Source: Candidatus Obscuribacteraceae bacterium (GTDB lineage: Bacteria; Cyanobacteriota; Vampirovibrionia; Obscuribacterales; Obscuribacteraceae). Taken from it: a DNA stretch of 64,000 nucleotides. The notes beneath the pieces were generated by a model. That model did not search any database and was not told where the DNA came from. It was given only the letters and a program-made list of their open reading frames with translations. Positions within the stretch are counted from its first letter, which is position 1. Each line of letters begins with the position of its first letter. The translations under genes were made by a program, and so were the position numbers. The stretch covers positions 454,518-518,517 of the forward strand of contig JBGASG010000003.1 of NCBI GenBank assembly GCA_044229845.1, read 5' to 3'. Shown here in pieces: positions 41,936 to 53,365 of this stretch.

Positions 41936-43588
41936 TTGATCATGATTCAGCGCCTGAGAGAGAAGCTTGCCACCTTGAAGCTGTCCCACAAGGGGCTCAT
42001 TTTGGTCGGCGTGCCGCTGGTGCTTGAATTGTTCTTCATCAGCACCCTGTTCTGCCTGCTAACTGAAGCCGAAGTCCAGACTCGCCGGGCTGAAAAATCC
42101 AAAGCGATCGTCACGGGCGCCGAAGAATTGTCACGCATGTACTACAGCGCCGGCACCGCGTTGGTCTTGTGGGGCGTTGCTCACGATGCCTCCGGCAAGG
42201 AACGCTACGAAAAAATCGTGGCGCAAATTCCAGAGCAATTCCAGATGATGGAACGCCTGGTTGCCGACAAGCCGGACCAGATGCAGACTCTCGCCCGCAT
42301 CGAAGGCACCGGGCAAAAGGGGCTGGGCCTGCTCAATCACATCTACGAAACACTGGAATCGGGTCAGCGCAAACCGTTTGTTTTTCTCCAGTTTCCAGCG
42401 GAGCGACAGGAGATGCTACAGACTGTAGCCGCTCTGTCACAACAACTGCGCGAATTTGTCAAACCCGAAGCAAACAGGCAGGACGAGAACGAAGCGCTCA
42501 AAGAACAAGCGCGAGCCAACGTCAAGTTCTTCCTCGCCGGCGGAGTTGTCTTGCATCTGGTGATTGCCCTGTCGGTAGCGCTCTACTTCTTCCGCAGCGT
42601 AGTCCGCAGACTGAGCGTGCTCTCGGACAACAGTAGACTCTTAGCCGACAACAAACCTTTGATGCCTGCAATCGGCGGCCGGGACGAAATCGCTGAACTG
42701 GATGTGGTGTTTCACCAGATGGCGGACAAACTCAACGAAGTCGCACAACTGAAAAAAGACTTCGCCGCGATGATCAGTCACGACCTGCGCACGCCATTAT
42801 CTTCGCTGCAAAATTTGCTGGCACTTTTGTCTCGCCGCGCCTATGGCGACCTGAACGAGACCGGGGCGCAACGAGTTGCGACCGCGGAGAAAGACATATC
42901 CAGGTTGATCAATTTGATCAACGAATTGCTCGATCTGGAAAAAATGGAAGCCGGCCAGTTGAAGTTACAACTGCAGCCGGTGGATCTGGACGAGCTGATC
43001 ATCCGCTCCATCGGCGCGGTCGAGGGTGTTGCTTCGTTGCGTGCGGTGCACATCAAATATTCCGACACACCAGCGGTGGTATCAGCGGAACCAGATCGGG
43101 TCGTACAAGTTCTCGTCAATCTGCTTTCCAACGCCATTAAATACTCGCCGGAGAATGGGCAGGTGAAGGTGAGAGTCAAGGAACTGAACGGCTTTGCGCG
43201 AGTTGAAGTGCAAGACCGCGGGCACGGCATTCCCATGGATGCACAGCAAACAATCTTCGAGCGCTTCAAACAAGCGAAGCTGGAAGACGCCAAGAAGGGG
43301 ACCGGTCTCGGACTGCCGATTGCCAAATCGTTCATCGAAGCACACGGCGGACAAATCGGCGTGCGCAGCATGATCGGGGAAGGCAGCACCTTCTGGTTCA
43401 CCTTGAAACTTGACGAAGAATACATGCAGGACGACATCGAAGACTACGATGACGATGGCGAGGACTACGACCTCAACGAGTCTGCCGGCGGAACAGACGC
43501 AGAAGACGCAGCAGCCACAGAAGCCGCGGTCGATGCAGCCCGGGAACAGGACGCCCACCCGAGCCGCGCCCAAGCGGACATCGCCTGA
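41936..43588 (+). CDS. sensor histidine kinase (TM-CHASE3-like-TM-HAMP-HisKA-HATPase) with acidic tail
   Basis: SHDLRTPL, NLLSNAIKY, DRGHGI, GTGLGL. Confidence 0.95.
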   Translation: MIMIQRLREKLATLKLSHKGLILVGVPLVLELFFISTLFCLLTEAEVQTRRAEKSKAIVTGAEELSRMYYSAGTALVLWGVAHDASGKERYEKIVAQIPEQFQMMERLVADKPDQMQTLARIEGTGQKGLGLLNHIYETLESGQRKPFVFLQFPAERQEMLQTVAALSQQLREFVKPEANRQDENEALKEQARANVKFFLAGGVVLHLVIALSVALYFFRSVVRRLSVLSDNSRLLADNKPLMPAIGGRDEIAELDVVFHQMADKLNEVAQLKKDFAAMISHDLRTPLSSLQNLLALLSRRAYGDLNETGAQRVATAEKDISRLINLINELLDLEKMEAGQLKLQLQPVDLDELIIRSIGAVEGVASLRAVHIKYSDTPAVVSAEPDRVVQVLVNLLSNAIKYSPENGQVKVRVKELNGFARVEVQDRGHGIPMDAQQTIFERFKQAKLEDAKKGTGLGLPIAKSFIEAHGGQIGVRSMIGEGSTFWFTLKLDEEYMQDDIEDYDDDGEDYDLNESAGGTDAEDAAATEAAVDAAREQDAHPSRAQADIA

Positions 43589-43608
43589 CGGCGCTCAGCG
43601 ACTCACGA

Positions 43609-44211
43609 CTACCACCGATTAATGCCGTTCGTACCGAACTGGTTGATTTGCACCTGCAAAGTCACCAGCTTCGCCTGAATTTGCTGGAACTCCGCCTGGG
43701 TAAAGCGATTGGCCGCGTAAGTGTTATTAAGCGCGATAATTTGCTGAAGTTCCTGGCGCAACGCGGCTTCTTCCTGATAGGTGAGCTGCCCAGCATTGAC
43801 GCCTGTGGCGATCATGGTGAAACACGAGGTGATCAGCGTTTCCAGACTTTGCTGCAGCACCAACGATGCCGCATCGGCGGCACGCTCATCTTCCTGAACT
43901 GAACCCTGCTGCGGCGGCAACGCTCTCGCCGTGGGCATCTTGTCCATCAGCGGTTTTTGACTGTTAAGGGTTTTCGGCTGGGGCTTTTCCGCCGGCTTGT
44001 CGGTCGCATCAGGCGCTGGAGCTGGAGTCGGTTTGCGCTGCAGACGCAGCACTTCCGTTTGCGGCTTCTCCGTGAAGGTGACACTGCCGGGCAGGTACGA
44101 GGGAGACTCCTCACCTTCCGCCAGAGCGGGCTGCACGTTCGATGCTGCACCAGCGACCAGTACTGAAACTGCAAGTAGCGACGCCATTGGGGCAAATCGA
44201 CGGTCTAGCAT
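43609..44211 (-). CDS. exported hypothetical protein
   Basis: Signal peptide ending PALA; GAGG RBS. Confidence 0.65.
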   Translation of the reverse strand: MLDRRFAPMASLLAVSVLVAGAASNVQPALAEGEESPSYLPGSVTFTEKPQTEVLRLQRKPTPAPAPDATDKPAEKPQPKTLNSQKPLMDKMPTARALPPQQGSVQEDERAADAASLVLQQSLETLITSCFTMIATGVNAGQLTYQEEAALRQELQQIIALNNTYAANRFTQAEFQQIQAKLVTLQVQINQFGTNGINRW

Positions 44212-44410
44212 TGTTGGGCCCTCAAAATTCGGTCTTCGTTGCTCTGCAAGATACCTGGGTCTTGCGACGTTAGCTGAGCCGCAACGTTCCAACTAATATA
44301 TACCCAGGTCTGCCTGCGGGGCATGCAATGCATGAGAACGGCTCCAGAAGCCGAATTTATCATGACTTACACTTCTTCACTGCTACGTCGCAGGTACGTC
44401 GCAGAAAACA

Positions 44411-44434
44411 CGCGATAAACGTCAGTCTTTCGCG
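44411..44434. repeat. 24-bp palindrome copy
   Basis: CGCGATAAAC-GTCA-GTCTTTCGCG, 1 bp from permease stop. Confidence 0.85.
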
Positions 44435-44435
44435 G

Positions 44436-46073
44436 TCACGAGCTAACTTCGTTGTGCGGTTCGGCGAACACCCTGCCGGCGTTTCGATATCCATAAAACA
44501 AATAGATCAGCATCCCAGCGCCCATCCAGACGACGAAACGGATCCATGTAATGGTAGGCAGGCTGAGCATCAGGATAAAGCAAGAAACAATGCCCAGAAC
44601 CGGCAACAGCGGAACTAGAGGGCACTTAAAAGCGCGTGGTTGGTGAGGCGCAGTTTTGCGCAAAACCAGCACGCCCCCGCACACGATGATGAAGGCAGCC
44701 AGCGTGCCGATGTTGGTTAGCTCCGCAGCTTCACTGATACCCACGAACATGGATGTGACGGCTACGAATACTCCGGTGAGAACGGTGGGCGTCACAGGTG
44801 TTTGATATTTAGGATGAATGCGACCGAAGAATTTGGGCAACAGTCCGTCCCGAGACATAGCCATGAAGATGCGCGGCTGACCGAGCTGAAACACAAGCAG
44901 CACCGACGTCATTCCGGCCAGCGCGCCGGCTGAGACGATCACCTGCGCCCACGGATTGTGCGTATAAAGCAGCGCGGTGGCGACGGGAGCCGCATCGTTC
45001 AGATAACGCGTGTAAGGCAGAATGCCGGTCAAAACCAGCGAAACCATGCAATAGAGAAGCGTGCAGAGAACCAGACTACCAAGCATGCCGATCGGCATAT
45101 CGCGCTGAGGGTTCTTAGTTTCTTCCGCCGTGGACGAAACGGCATCAAAGCCGATGAAACTGAAAAAGACGATGGCTGCACCACCCATGACGCTGGCGAA
45201 ACCGTTGGGCATGAATGGAACCCAGTTCTGCGGGTTGACATGCCCCATGCCGAAGAAGATGAAGAAAAGCACGATCACCACTTTGATCGCCACTGCAGCA
45301 GAGTTGACCGATGCACTTTCTTTGATGCCGACAACCAGCAACCATGTAATCAGCATGACGATGACAAACGCCGGGATGTTCATGGCAAACGGATGCCCGA
45401 ATGGGCTGGGAAGTGTCATATCGCTGTACAACTGGAGCATCGGGTCATCAGGTTTCAAGGACAAGCGGGCTAGCGCCGAGGCACTATCCGTGGTGAGCCA
45501 CAAGGGTAGTTTCATCCCTGTGATGCCATGAAAAAACTGCACGAAGTAGTCAGCCCAGCTGACCGCGACAGCGGTGTTTCCTACAGCATACTCAAGAATC
45601 AGATCCCATCCGATCACCCAGGCGACAAGCTCGCCCAACGACGCATACGCGAAAGTGTATGCGGAACCGGAAACGGGAATCATGGACGCTAACTCTGCGT
45701 AGCAAATGGCAGCAAAACCGCAGGCGATGGCAGCGATGATGAACGAAAGCACCAGTGCCGGTCCGGCTCCATCGCGCCCAACTGGAGAATGGAGCAGGAA
45801 GTTGATAATCGGAGTGCTAATCCAGTCTTTAGCTGAGACGGCTTGTCCGGCGGCGGCAGTTCCAGTCAATGCAAAAATGCCGGAACCAATTGTGGCACCA
45901 AGTCCGAATGCCACCAGATCGAAGGCGGTCAGTGTTTTCTTCATGCGCCGCTCTGGATGCTCAGCTTCATCGATCAGCTGCTGCGGCGGTTTGGTACGAA
46001 ACAGGCGCGAGCCCGGGCTCGCATTACCTGGTGATGGAGAAGGTTCTGGTGGCGATGTTACCTGCTCGGTCAA
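44436..46073 (-). CDS. APC-family amino acid permease
   Basis: GATIGSGIF, CYAELASMIPVSGSAY, FIGFDAV, EETKNPQRD. Confidence 0.95.
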   Translation of the reverse strand: MTEQVTSPPEPSPSPGNASPGSRLFRTKPPQQLIDEAEHPERRMKKTLTAFDLVAFGLGATIGSGIFALTGTAAAGQAVSAKDWISTPIINFLLHSPVGRDGAGPALVLSFIIAAIACGFAAICYAELASMIPVSGSAYTFAYASLGELVAWVIGWDLILEYAVGNTAVAVSWADYFVQFFHGITGMKLPLWLTTDSASALARLSLKPDDPMLQLYSDMTLPSPFGHPFAMNIPAFVIVMLITWLLVVGIKESASVNSAAVAIKVVIVLFFIFFGMGHVNPQNWVPFMPNGFASVMGGAAIVFFSFIGFDAVSSTAEETKNPQRDMPIGMLGSLVLCTLLYCMVSLVLTGILPYTRYLNDAAPVATALLYTHNPWAQVIVSAGALAGMTSVLLVFQLGQPRIFMAMSRDGLLPKFFGRIHPKYQTPVTPTVLTGVFVAVTSMFVGISEAAELTNIGTLAAFIIVCGGVLVLRKTAPHQPRAFKCPLVPLLPVLGIVSCFILMLSLPTITWIRFVVWMGAGMLIYLFYGYRNAGRVFAEPHNEVSS

Positions 46074-49000
46074 TGACTTTAACCTCTACCTTGTGCGCAC
46101 CAGAGTCGATCTTGACGTTGTTGGCGACCAGTGTTGCGGACAAGGAATCGATTGTTTGCGGAGCAAAACTGAAGGCGTACGGATCGCCGTCATCGATCTT
46201 GAAGGTTGCATTCGCAATGGCTGTTCGCTTGTCTTTTCCGGTGACCTTCAATTCTAGCGTGCCATCCTTGGTGCGCTTACATGTGATGAGTTCGATTTCA
46301 GGGGCGCTGTTATCAACAATCACGGACCGCAGATTTATCACCTGCTGGCTGTCATTCGGACTCGACAAGCGATCGTCGAGCACGAACTTCAGAATGTAGT
46401 CGCCGTCTTTCTGTTTACCGGTATCCCAGGAATAGGTGAATGACTCATTAGCATTCGAGTTGTCAGATGATGAGGACGAGCTGGAACTGCTCGAAGACGA
46501 AGAAGAGTCTTTTTTAGCCGACGCGGAAGTAGAAATTACAACACCGCCCCTTCAACAATGATGGTGCCGCCGTCTTCGCTAGGGGTCCCTCAGCCTTGTC
46601 GTTCTTGTCTTTGTCCTTGCTTTCTTTGTCTTTGTACTTGTAGCGAGAGTTGCCGTCTTTGTCTTTAGGTCCATCCTTGTTCTTGTCCTTGTCCTTATCC
46701 TTATCCTTGTCCTTATCTTCGTCGTCGGACGGCGCATCCTGCAGGCGGCGCCCGAACCATGAACGCTTAGCATGCCTCGATCGCAGTGCACCACCGCCGG
46801 TGCCGTTTCGGTTAGCACTGGATTTGTTGCTGTCCGCCTTGGCGGCACCAGACCCGCTGGCTCCCGCCTTGTCCTTGTCGGATTTGTCTCCGTCGGATTT
46901 GTCTCCGTCGGATTTGTCGCCGTCGGATTTGTCGCCGCCAGATTTATCGCCGGATTTATCCGAATCGGCGGTGCCTGAGCCTGATTTTTCTTTGTCGGCA
47001 TCCTTCTCGTCTTTGTCTGACTTGTCGGCAGACTTGTCTTTATCCGCACCGGAGTTGCTCGTCGAGCCTTTCAATGGACTGACAGTACCGGATATCGGTT
47101 TGCCCTTCGCCTTCCCCTTCTTGCCGCCGTCCGCGGCTTTGGTGCCATCTTTGTCCTTGTCTTTGGATGAGGAAGAACGGCTGTTTTTCGCGCGCAGATT
47201 CGTCGTCAGCGGCTGCCAGGTCTTGCCATCATCCGCCGAGATTTCAATAGAAGCAACCAAGTTATCTCCGTCGCTGTCAGTACCGCTCATATTCAAATCC
47301 TGCTTGCCTGACACCGCCGTCCCGGCTTTCAAAGAAATGGAAGCGAACTGCGGCGTCGAACCTCTCGGCATGTATGCCACATCAATCCGTCCAATCGTCA
47401 GCGACGCAAAACTGGAGGCATCGCTCTTGTCGGAGCGACTGGGCCACGAAAGGCGAAACTGGAAATATCGACCTTCTGGTGACTGCACTGTGAAAGCATC
47501 TTCCTTCGCGACAGCGCCTTGCCAGGCAGACCATGTTTCATCAGGCTTGGAGGTTTCGCCCGTGCGCGTTTCTACTTTTACGTTCTGCACAATGTATGTC
47601 GATGCTTCATTGAAAGCTCCGAACGGTCGCACCGAAGACCACTGCGCCGGACGACCCGCATCTTTGACCACAGAAATGAAACTTGGGTCTTTAGCCTGTT
47701 CCATGGCAAAACTCTTCAACACGGCAAGATTGGATGTACCGGCAAACAGATTTTTGTTGTGGGAAGAAACCAGCAATACTGCCTCTTGTTCTGTGTGGCT
47801 GACAGGCATGAAGTAAGGCTGTCTCGTCACCGGCTCTATACGCGCCATGGTGATGTCGCCCTCCGCGTCTCCCGAAAAAACAGAGTCCGTGGTTGGGTCG
47901 TAGTGCAGTGTGTAGAACGCTTCGCTGGAGGCCAGGGTCTGCGCCTCACCCGATGGCAGCACGCGCACCAGGTGTCCCTGCCCGGCGGTGGCTACATAAA
48001 GATCGCCCTTTTTGTCGCGCACGACTCCGGTCACCAGGTGATCCGGCGACTGGAACACCGCCGATGCTTTTCCCGAATTGGGATCGACGCGATAAACAGA
48101 ACCTTTTTCGCCGGTGCCGACATACAGCGAACGATCGGCTGCGCAGTAGAACATCGAAAGAATGTGAGCCTGTCCTGAATCGAAAAACATCGTCGGCTTG
48201 GCTGCGGTCGCCTGCGGGTCGACTTTATAGAGGCGCCCTGTACCGGCGACGCCAATGAACAAATTGCCTGCATCGTCGGTTGCGAGAGCCGTGACAAGGG
48301 GCTCGGTAGGTTTGAACACCTGGCGAGGCTTGCTGCCTGGACGGGTAGTATCAATGGCGAACACCCGCCCTGTCGGCACAGTAGCCACGTATACAATGCC
48401 TTTTGAAGCCGCCATTGACGGTATCATCACTGAATCAAAACGCGCCACCGGTTCAGGCGACGAACTGTCGCCCTTCCAACGCAGAACTTGATCGGAAGTT
48501 GCGAAATACAGATATTCTCCGCTCCATACTCCAGACCAGATTTTCATCTCCGGAGCGATGGCGATTTCAGCCTTGCTCTCAAAGCCCGGATTCAGCCGTC
48601 CCCAGCTGTCTACAGTCGCCCCTTCCAACTTGCCGGCGCGATATTCATCTTCGCTTTCCTGACGCCACAACTGTATCGGTCGCATGTGCGGGTATTCTTT
48701 ACCGACCAGAGGAATAGATTGGGATGCTCCACGACTGGCTCCCGACTGCGCACCGGACGAACCGGATGAGGAAGAAGTGGAGCCCTTCTTGCCCGGGTAC
48801 GACTCCATGGTCTTGCGAGCCAGATCAGTGATTGCAACATCCTCGCCGCCCGAGGGCGCAGAAACGGAATAGGGCAGGGCGCGGGCTGCGGCTTTATCAG
48901 GGTTGCGCACCTCAACGGTGATGATGTGAGTTCCGTTCAGCAACCACTGCGTGTTCTTTGCCGCGTGCAATTCACCGCGAATAATGCTTGGTCCGCGGGT

Positions 49001-50917
49001 GTGGCGGTTCGAGAAAAACACCTTCACCCAATGCGGCGGTGGGTTGGTAATGCGGTTGCCATTGACGAGCAACGACTGCTCAGGCAATGCCACCACCAGG
49101 TTGAGCTGGTCGCCCCTGCCCTGCTCGCGAATTTGCTCGGCGACTTGACGCAGCGATTCGGGGTCGGGATCGGAGACACCAAGACGTCCCTTGGTATAAG
49201 ACAGGTCGTCACCACCTGTGACACCAATCAATAGATTGCCGTCTGGAACATCCCGCGGCACAGTAAAGCTCATCGTCTCGATGACCGACTTCTTGTTGTA
49301 GGGCTTGAGGACAGCCTGGACTTTGACTTCCTCGCCCGGCGCTACGAAAGGTTTTTCAACCCAGACGCGGTCGATTTTTGCAGTTTCATGCCCGTCCTGC
49401 AGAACGATTTTGAGCTTGACACTTTTGATGCTCGACTTCTGCCATTCGTTATCCACGATACGGCCGGTGGTGTTACGCACGTAGGACGATACCGGTTCGC
49501 CCATGCCGAACAGCGCTAAGATTCCAGCATCTTTTGCACTGGAGAAACGGTCGACACGCACAATTGGTTCGATGCCTTCCGCTTCGATGCGGCTTTCGAC
49601 CAGCGCTACATAAGGTCCCGCAGCCTGGTGCGTCGCATCGATTGAAGAGAGCGCCGTTGCACTCAAAAGCCCTGGCGTCAGGTCGGGATGGTCGACAACG
49701 TTGCAGTTGTAGGTGCGTTGAATACCGCGGGTTTCATCCACTACGGTGAACGAAGCCGGAATCATGCGCGATGTGGAACCGATTTTGCCGCCGCATGCCC
49801 ACGGGCGATCGGCTTTGAATGAACCGACCACATTGACGGGCGATGCCAGTTTCATCGACGATGCCATGCTGGGCAGAACCTGATGCACGTAGGCTGTAGC
49901 CATCGGGAAGTCGACGGAACCGGCTTGCATGAAGGGGTGACCGAACGCGATTACTTTGTCGTTGAATCTGGCGATGGCAGTTCCCACCGCAGCGACAGTA
50001 AAGTCGCCGGTGGTCAGCAGGATCGCGACAGCGCCACCGGGCTGAATGCTTTGCGCCTGATGCAGGAGTTCCGGATTGATACCGCCGGCGGTTCCACTGG
50101 TGGTCATCATACCGAAAGTCTTGAACTTCTCGGAGAGCATTTGTTCGGCGCGCGGAGAAAAGCCAGCTAAAGAAACCGGTCCGACCAGGGGCACCATGCG
50201 CATTTGACCGCCACCGGTGGTGACCGGCAAACCGGAAATGCCGGGCGGAACGTTGAGCCGGGAGCTCGGTACGCCGGGTACTGCAGCGATCGGAATACGC
50301 TCCTGCTGCTGATTCTCGGCCAGGGCGTCGAGGGAATCGACAATCGGAGTAATGCCGACGATCGGCTCTTTCGAAAAGTCGTAGCCGAATGAAACTGAGC
50401 CGATCAGTTTTCCATTTATATAAACCGGGCTGCCGGACATGCCCCGAATCACGCAGTTATTGGCCATGGCTGGACCCGATAGACGAGCCAGAATAGCGTC
50501 GCGTCCGTTGAGCATGCGTTTGATCACACCAAGGATTTTGACGTCGAATTTTTCGACCTTGGTGCCATGAAATACAGAGAGCCCGTAACCGGTCATGCCC
50601 TCTTTGACTTCGCCTACCGGCATATATCTGCCGGGCTGCAAATACCGATTGACGAACGAACGGTCGGTTGTATCAAAGAACGCGGGACGAACTGGGCTGT
50701 GCGGTTTGCCGCCGAAATCCGGAGCACCGGGAGAAATTTCGCTTGCTCCAAAACCATCCGCAGGCGATGTACCAGTTTGAACAACGTCGGCTTCCGGCTG
50801 AGCCAGGGACGAGCTCGGCTCAACGGCAAAAGCCACCGACGGCACCATGACGTTCACCAGGAACATCACAGAGGTAGACGCGGCTACGAGTGATTTACTA
50901 AGCCAGGACGGTCGCAA
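46024..50917 (-). CDS. large exported SpoIVB peptidase S55 + beta-propeller fusion protein; frameshift near 46550
   Basis: GMSGSPVY and FGHPF (S55), propeller-like repeats; a different frame open from about 46550 (...FTYSWDTGKQKDGDYILKFVLDD...) continues to stop at 46024. Confidence 0.8.
46876..46962 (-). repeat. 15-bp tandem repeat encoding DKSDG units
   Basis: gtcggatttgtc(t/g)cc repeated about four times plus degenerate copies. Confidence 0.85.
47169..47192. repeat. degenerate palindrome copy inside S55 fusion CDS
   Basis: GAGGAAGAAC-GGCT-GTTTTTCGCG. Confidence 0.5.
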
Positions 50918-51020
50918 TGTTGGAGTACCTCTATTTGAATCCTAACATGACATTGTGGAGCGAGCGGGATTTGATAGAATCGTGGCGCGTTGCGGGCACT
51001 CCGGATGATGGAGAGGAAAT

Positions 51021-51719
51021 ATGGCTGGAACCGGTATTCGGTGCGCAATTAAAGCCGCGTTACCGTCGGCTATTTTTGGCGTGGTGGCAGTAGCCGGTAC
51101 GGCTTGCGCACAAGGAGCGTCGCCGACGCCCGGCATGGGTTCACCACAACCAACTTCCACACCCACTTATGCACCTATACCCGGCGGACTGCGTCCATAC
51201 GATGCTGCCGGATCGTACGGGGGCAACGCAGGCGGTGCCGGTGGCGCCAGCGGCGGCGGCGCCGCTCCGCGAGGCGGCGCACCGGGAAGCTACTCAGCCT
51301 TGCCGCTCAATGCCACCGACGCCTCGCTACGGCTGGACGAACTGCGCAGCATGATGCCCAGCGCTCGTCCGAAGGAGTTTCAAGAGGCGCTGTCCAATTA
51401 CATCACCTGGCTGTCGGATGTTGCCGACGGACACTGGCGCATGAGCACGGCTTTCGCCAAAACCGAGGCCAACAAATCGCAAGCCGAGGCTGAGAAACAG
51501 TCCGCTCTCAAGTTCGGCGGGCTGAAGCGGCAAGGCATGCTGCTCGAAGCACAATTTTTGGTTTCCCAACGGCGATTTCCGGAGGCGGTATCGCCTTTGA
51601 TTGAGATCGTAGTTTCAGAGCCACGCACCGCGACCGGAAAGGCTGCCTACAAGCTTCTGCAGGACATCGGTTTTTCAGAGGTAGCCAGTCCTGTGTCCGA
51701 CGCCGGGGCAACCAAGTAA
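51021..51719 (+). CDS. exported hypothetical protein (TPR-like helical C-terminus)
   Basis: GAGG RBS, signal peptide, Gly-rich linker. Confidence 0.7.
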   Translation: MAGTGIRCAIKAALPSAIFGVVAVAGTACAQGASPTPGMGSPQPTSTPTYAPIPGGLRPYDAAGSYGGNAGGAGGASGGGAAPRGGAPGSYSALPLNATDASLRLDELRSMMPSARPKEFQEALSNYITWLSDVADGHWRMSTAFAKTEANKSQAEAEKQSALKFGGLKRQGMLLEAQFLVSQRRFPEAVSPLIEIVVSEPRTATGKAAYKLLQDIGFSEVASPVSDAGATK

Positions 51720-51782
51720 TTTTCTGCCGGAATTATCCCTTTTTCCGACGCCCAGCGGTGAGCTTCTCACGCGCGCTGAGCA

Positions 51783-51806
51783 CGCGAAATGCGATTGTTT
51801 TTCGCG
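51783..51806. repeat. 24-bp palindrome copy
   Basis: CGCGAAATGC-GATT-GTTTTTCGCG. Confidence 0.88.
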
Positions 51807-52006
51807 TGTTTCACCTGGATGACCGCCGGTGCCAGCCTCAGAAATCGCTTGCTTAAACTGACACTACATGTAGTACCATCGTCAAGTCCGTCCCAAATTC
51901 CGAATTGGCGCATGAGCTTCAGTTCGGCTAAAATCAAGCTGTCCAGTTTGGACCGCGCCCAAAAGTGGAACCAAGAAATAGCCGTTCAGCAGTCTGGAGA
52001 AATGCA

Positions 52007-52708
52007 ATGGGACAGATAATGCAACGCCGTGGGTTGAGCGCAATGCTTCTCACCCTGACCTGCGTCAGCTTCGCCGGTAGCGCCTTCGCTCAAAACAAGC
52101 CGTTCGAGCTGGGTGCAGAAACCAGACAAATGATTGAACCGCCCCCGTCAGCGCCGGGATACCCCGAATATCCAGCTTATCCAGCGCCGCAAATGGTTCA
52201 GCAACAACCCAAACCAGCTCCTCAACAACAGCGCAAGCCCATGCAGGCAAGCGTTCAACAGACAGCCAGACCTCAACAGCCGATGCAACTGCAAGCCCAG
52301 GTTGAGAAACCCGGCGTCTTGCCGCCGGCGTTCCTGGGAGCCTGGCAGGTGATGGGTTTGCGCAGCGCCGTCGAAGCTCAACCGGCTTACCAGGCGGGAA
52401 TTGGTAATATTTTCACCGGTCAGAACGCTCAGATCTGGAATATCCAGGGCAATCCAGGCAGCGGCTACGTACTGAGTTCCGACACCGGCGCCCAGACTCA
52501 GCTGTATATAGATAAGGTGGCCGGAAATACGGCATTCATCCGCTATCAGCACCCGATTCGCAACACCATGGCTCAGGAAGCAATTGTCATGCAGCTTAGC
52601 GCCGACGGACGTGCCTTTCAGGGACTGGAACGCATCTCGATCGTCAAGCAGGGCGAGCCTCAGCCCCGGGCAAAAGTCACTTATCAACTGACGGGCCGGC
52701 GTAAATAG
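52007..52708 (+). CDS. exported hypothetical protein
   Basis: Signal peptide ending AFA, Pro/Gln-rich linker, beta-rich C-terminal domain. Confidence 0.7.
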   Translation: MGQIMQRRGLSAMLLTLTCVSFAGSAFAQNKPFELGAETRQMIEPPPSAPGYPEYPAYPAPQMVQQQPKPAPQQQRKPMQASVQQTARPQQPMQLQAQVEKPGVLPPAFLGAWQVMGLRSAVEAQPAYQAGIGNIFTGQNAQIWNIQGNPGSGYVLSSDTGAQTQLYIDKVAGNTAFIRYQHPIRNTMAQEAIVMQLSADGRAFQGLERISIVKQGEPQPRAKVTYQLTGRRK

Positions 52709-52738
52709 CCAGCCCTGCCGTTTCTTCACAGAAGCAAG

Positions 52739-52762
52739 CGCGAAAAACAGCAGTTCTTCGCG
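52739..52762. repeat. 24-bp palindrome copy
   Basis: CGCGAAAAAC-AGCA-GTTCTTCGCG. Confidence 0.9.
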
Positions 52763-52781
52763 CGAATCGTGACGTGAAGAC

Positions 52782-53201
52782 CTAACGGGTGGATGGGGCC
52801 GCAATGGCGGTTTCTATAGTCGCCTTCAGGTCGTCTCGGGCATTAACCAGGTCTTCTTCCAGCTGCTTGGCGGTCTGGATGGCTGTGGTCAGGTGCGCTT
52901 CCGGGCTTTCAAGCACGCGGTCATCGGGCTTGCCTCGCGATTTGCCAAAGTTGGCATCCGCTACTTTCATCTGGCGAAGCGCTTTCTCGATTTTGGGAAT
53001 GATGTCGCGAGTGGTCCGCAGCGACTCAGAAATCGTGCCGCCGGCTGAACCTGGTCCAGCGTTGAGCTTCAAAACAATCAGTTCAGAACGCGTGAGCTTG
53101 GCAGTGGGCGGACGAACGGGCTTATTGGCTTCACCGGATGAACCGGCGGCGTAAACGAGGGCAGCCAGACACAGTCCCGCAGTTAGCGTCATGTTTTTCA
53201 T
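52782..53201 (-). CDS. exported hypothetical coiled-coil protein
   Basis: MKNM + hydrophobic signal; AGGA RBS. Confidence 0.65.
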   Translation of the reverse strand: MKNMTLTAGLCLAALVYAAGSSGEANKPVRPPTAKLTRSELIVLKLNAGPGSAGGTISESLRTTRDIIPKIEKALRQMKVADANFGKSRGKPDDRVLESPEAHLTTAIQTAKQLEEDLVNARDDLKATIETAIAAPSTR

Positions 53202-53365
53202 TGGTAATCCTGCTTCACCAAAGACCGAATGAGCGCCTAGTCTATCTGAACAGGCACCCTGTGCAGTCGTTCTCCAACCATGTTGTAACCAGAGTTAAGG
53301 CGTGATCGCCCTGATGACAGTAAGATGGTTCTCCAAATTCCTGTCACGCACCCAACCAGAATCAC

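Noticed and set aside
46650..47816. 388-aa plus-strand ORF with SL repeats, and other long antisense ORFs (5476-6336, 26606-27436, 31757-32704, 57714-58658, 63039-63917)
   Set aside because: These are shadow frames of well-supported genes on the opposite strand.
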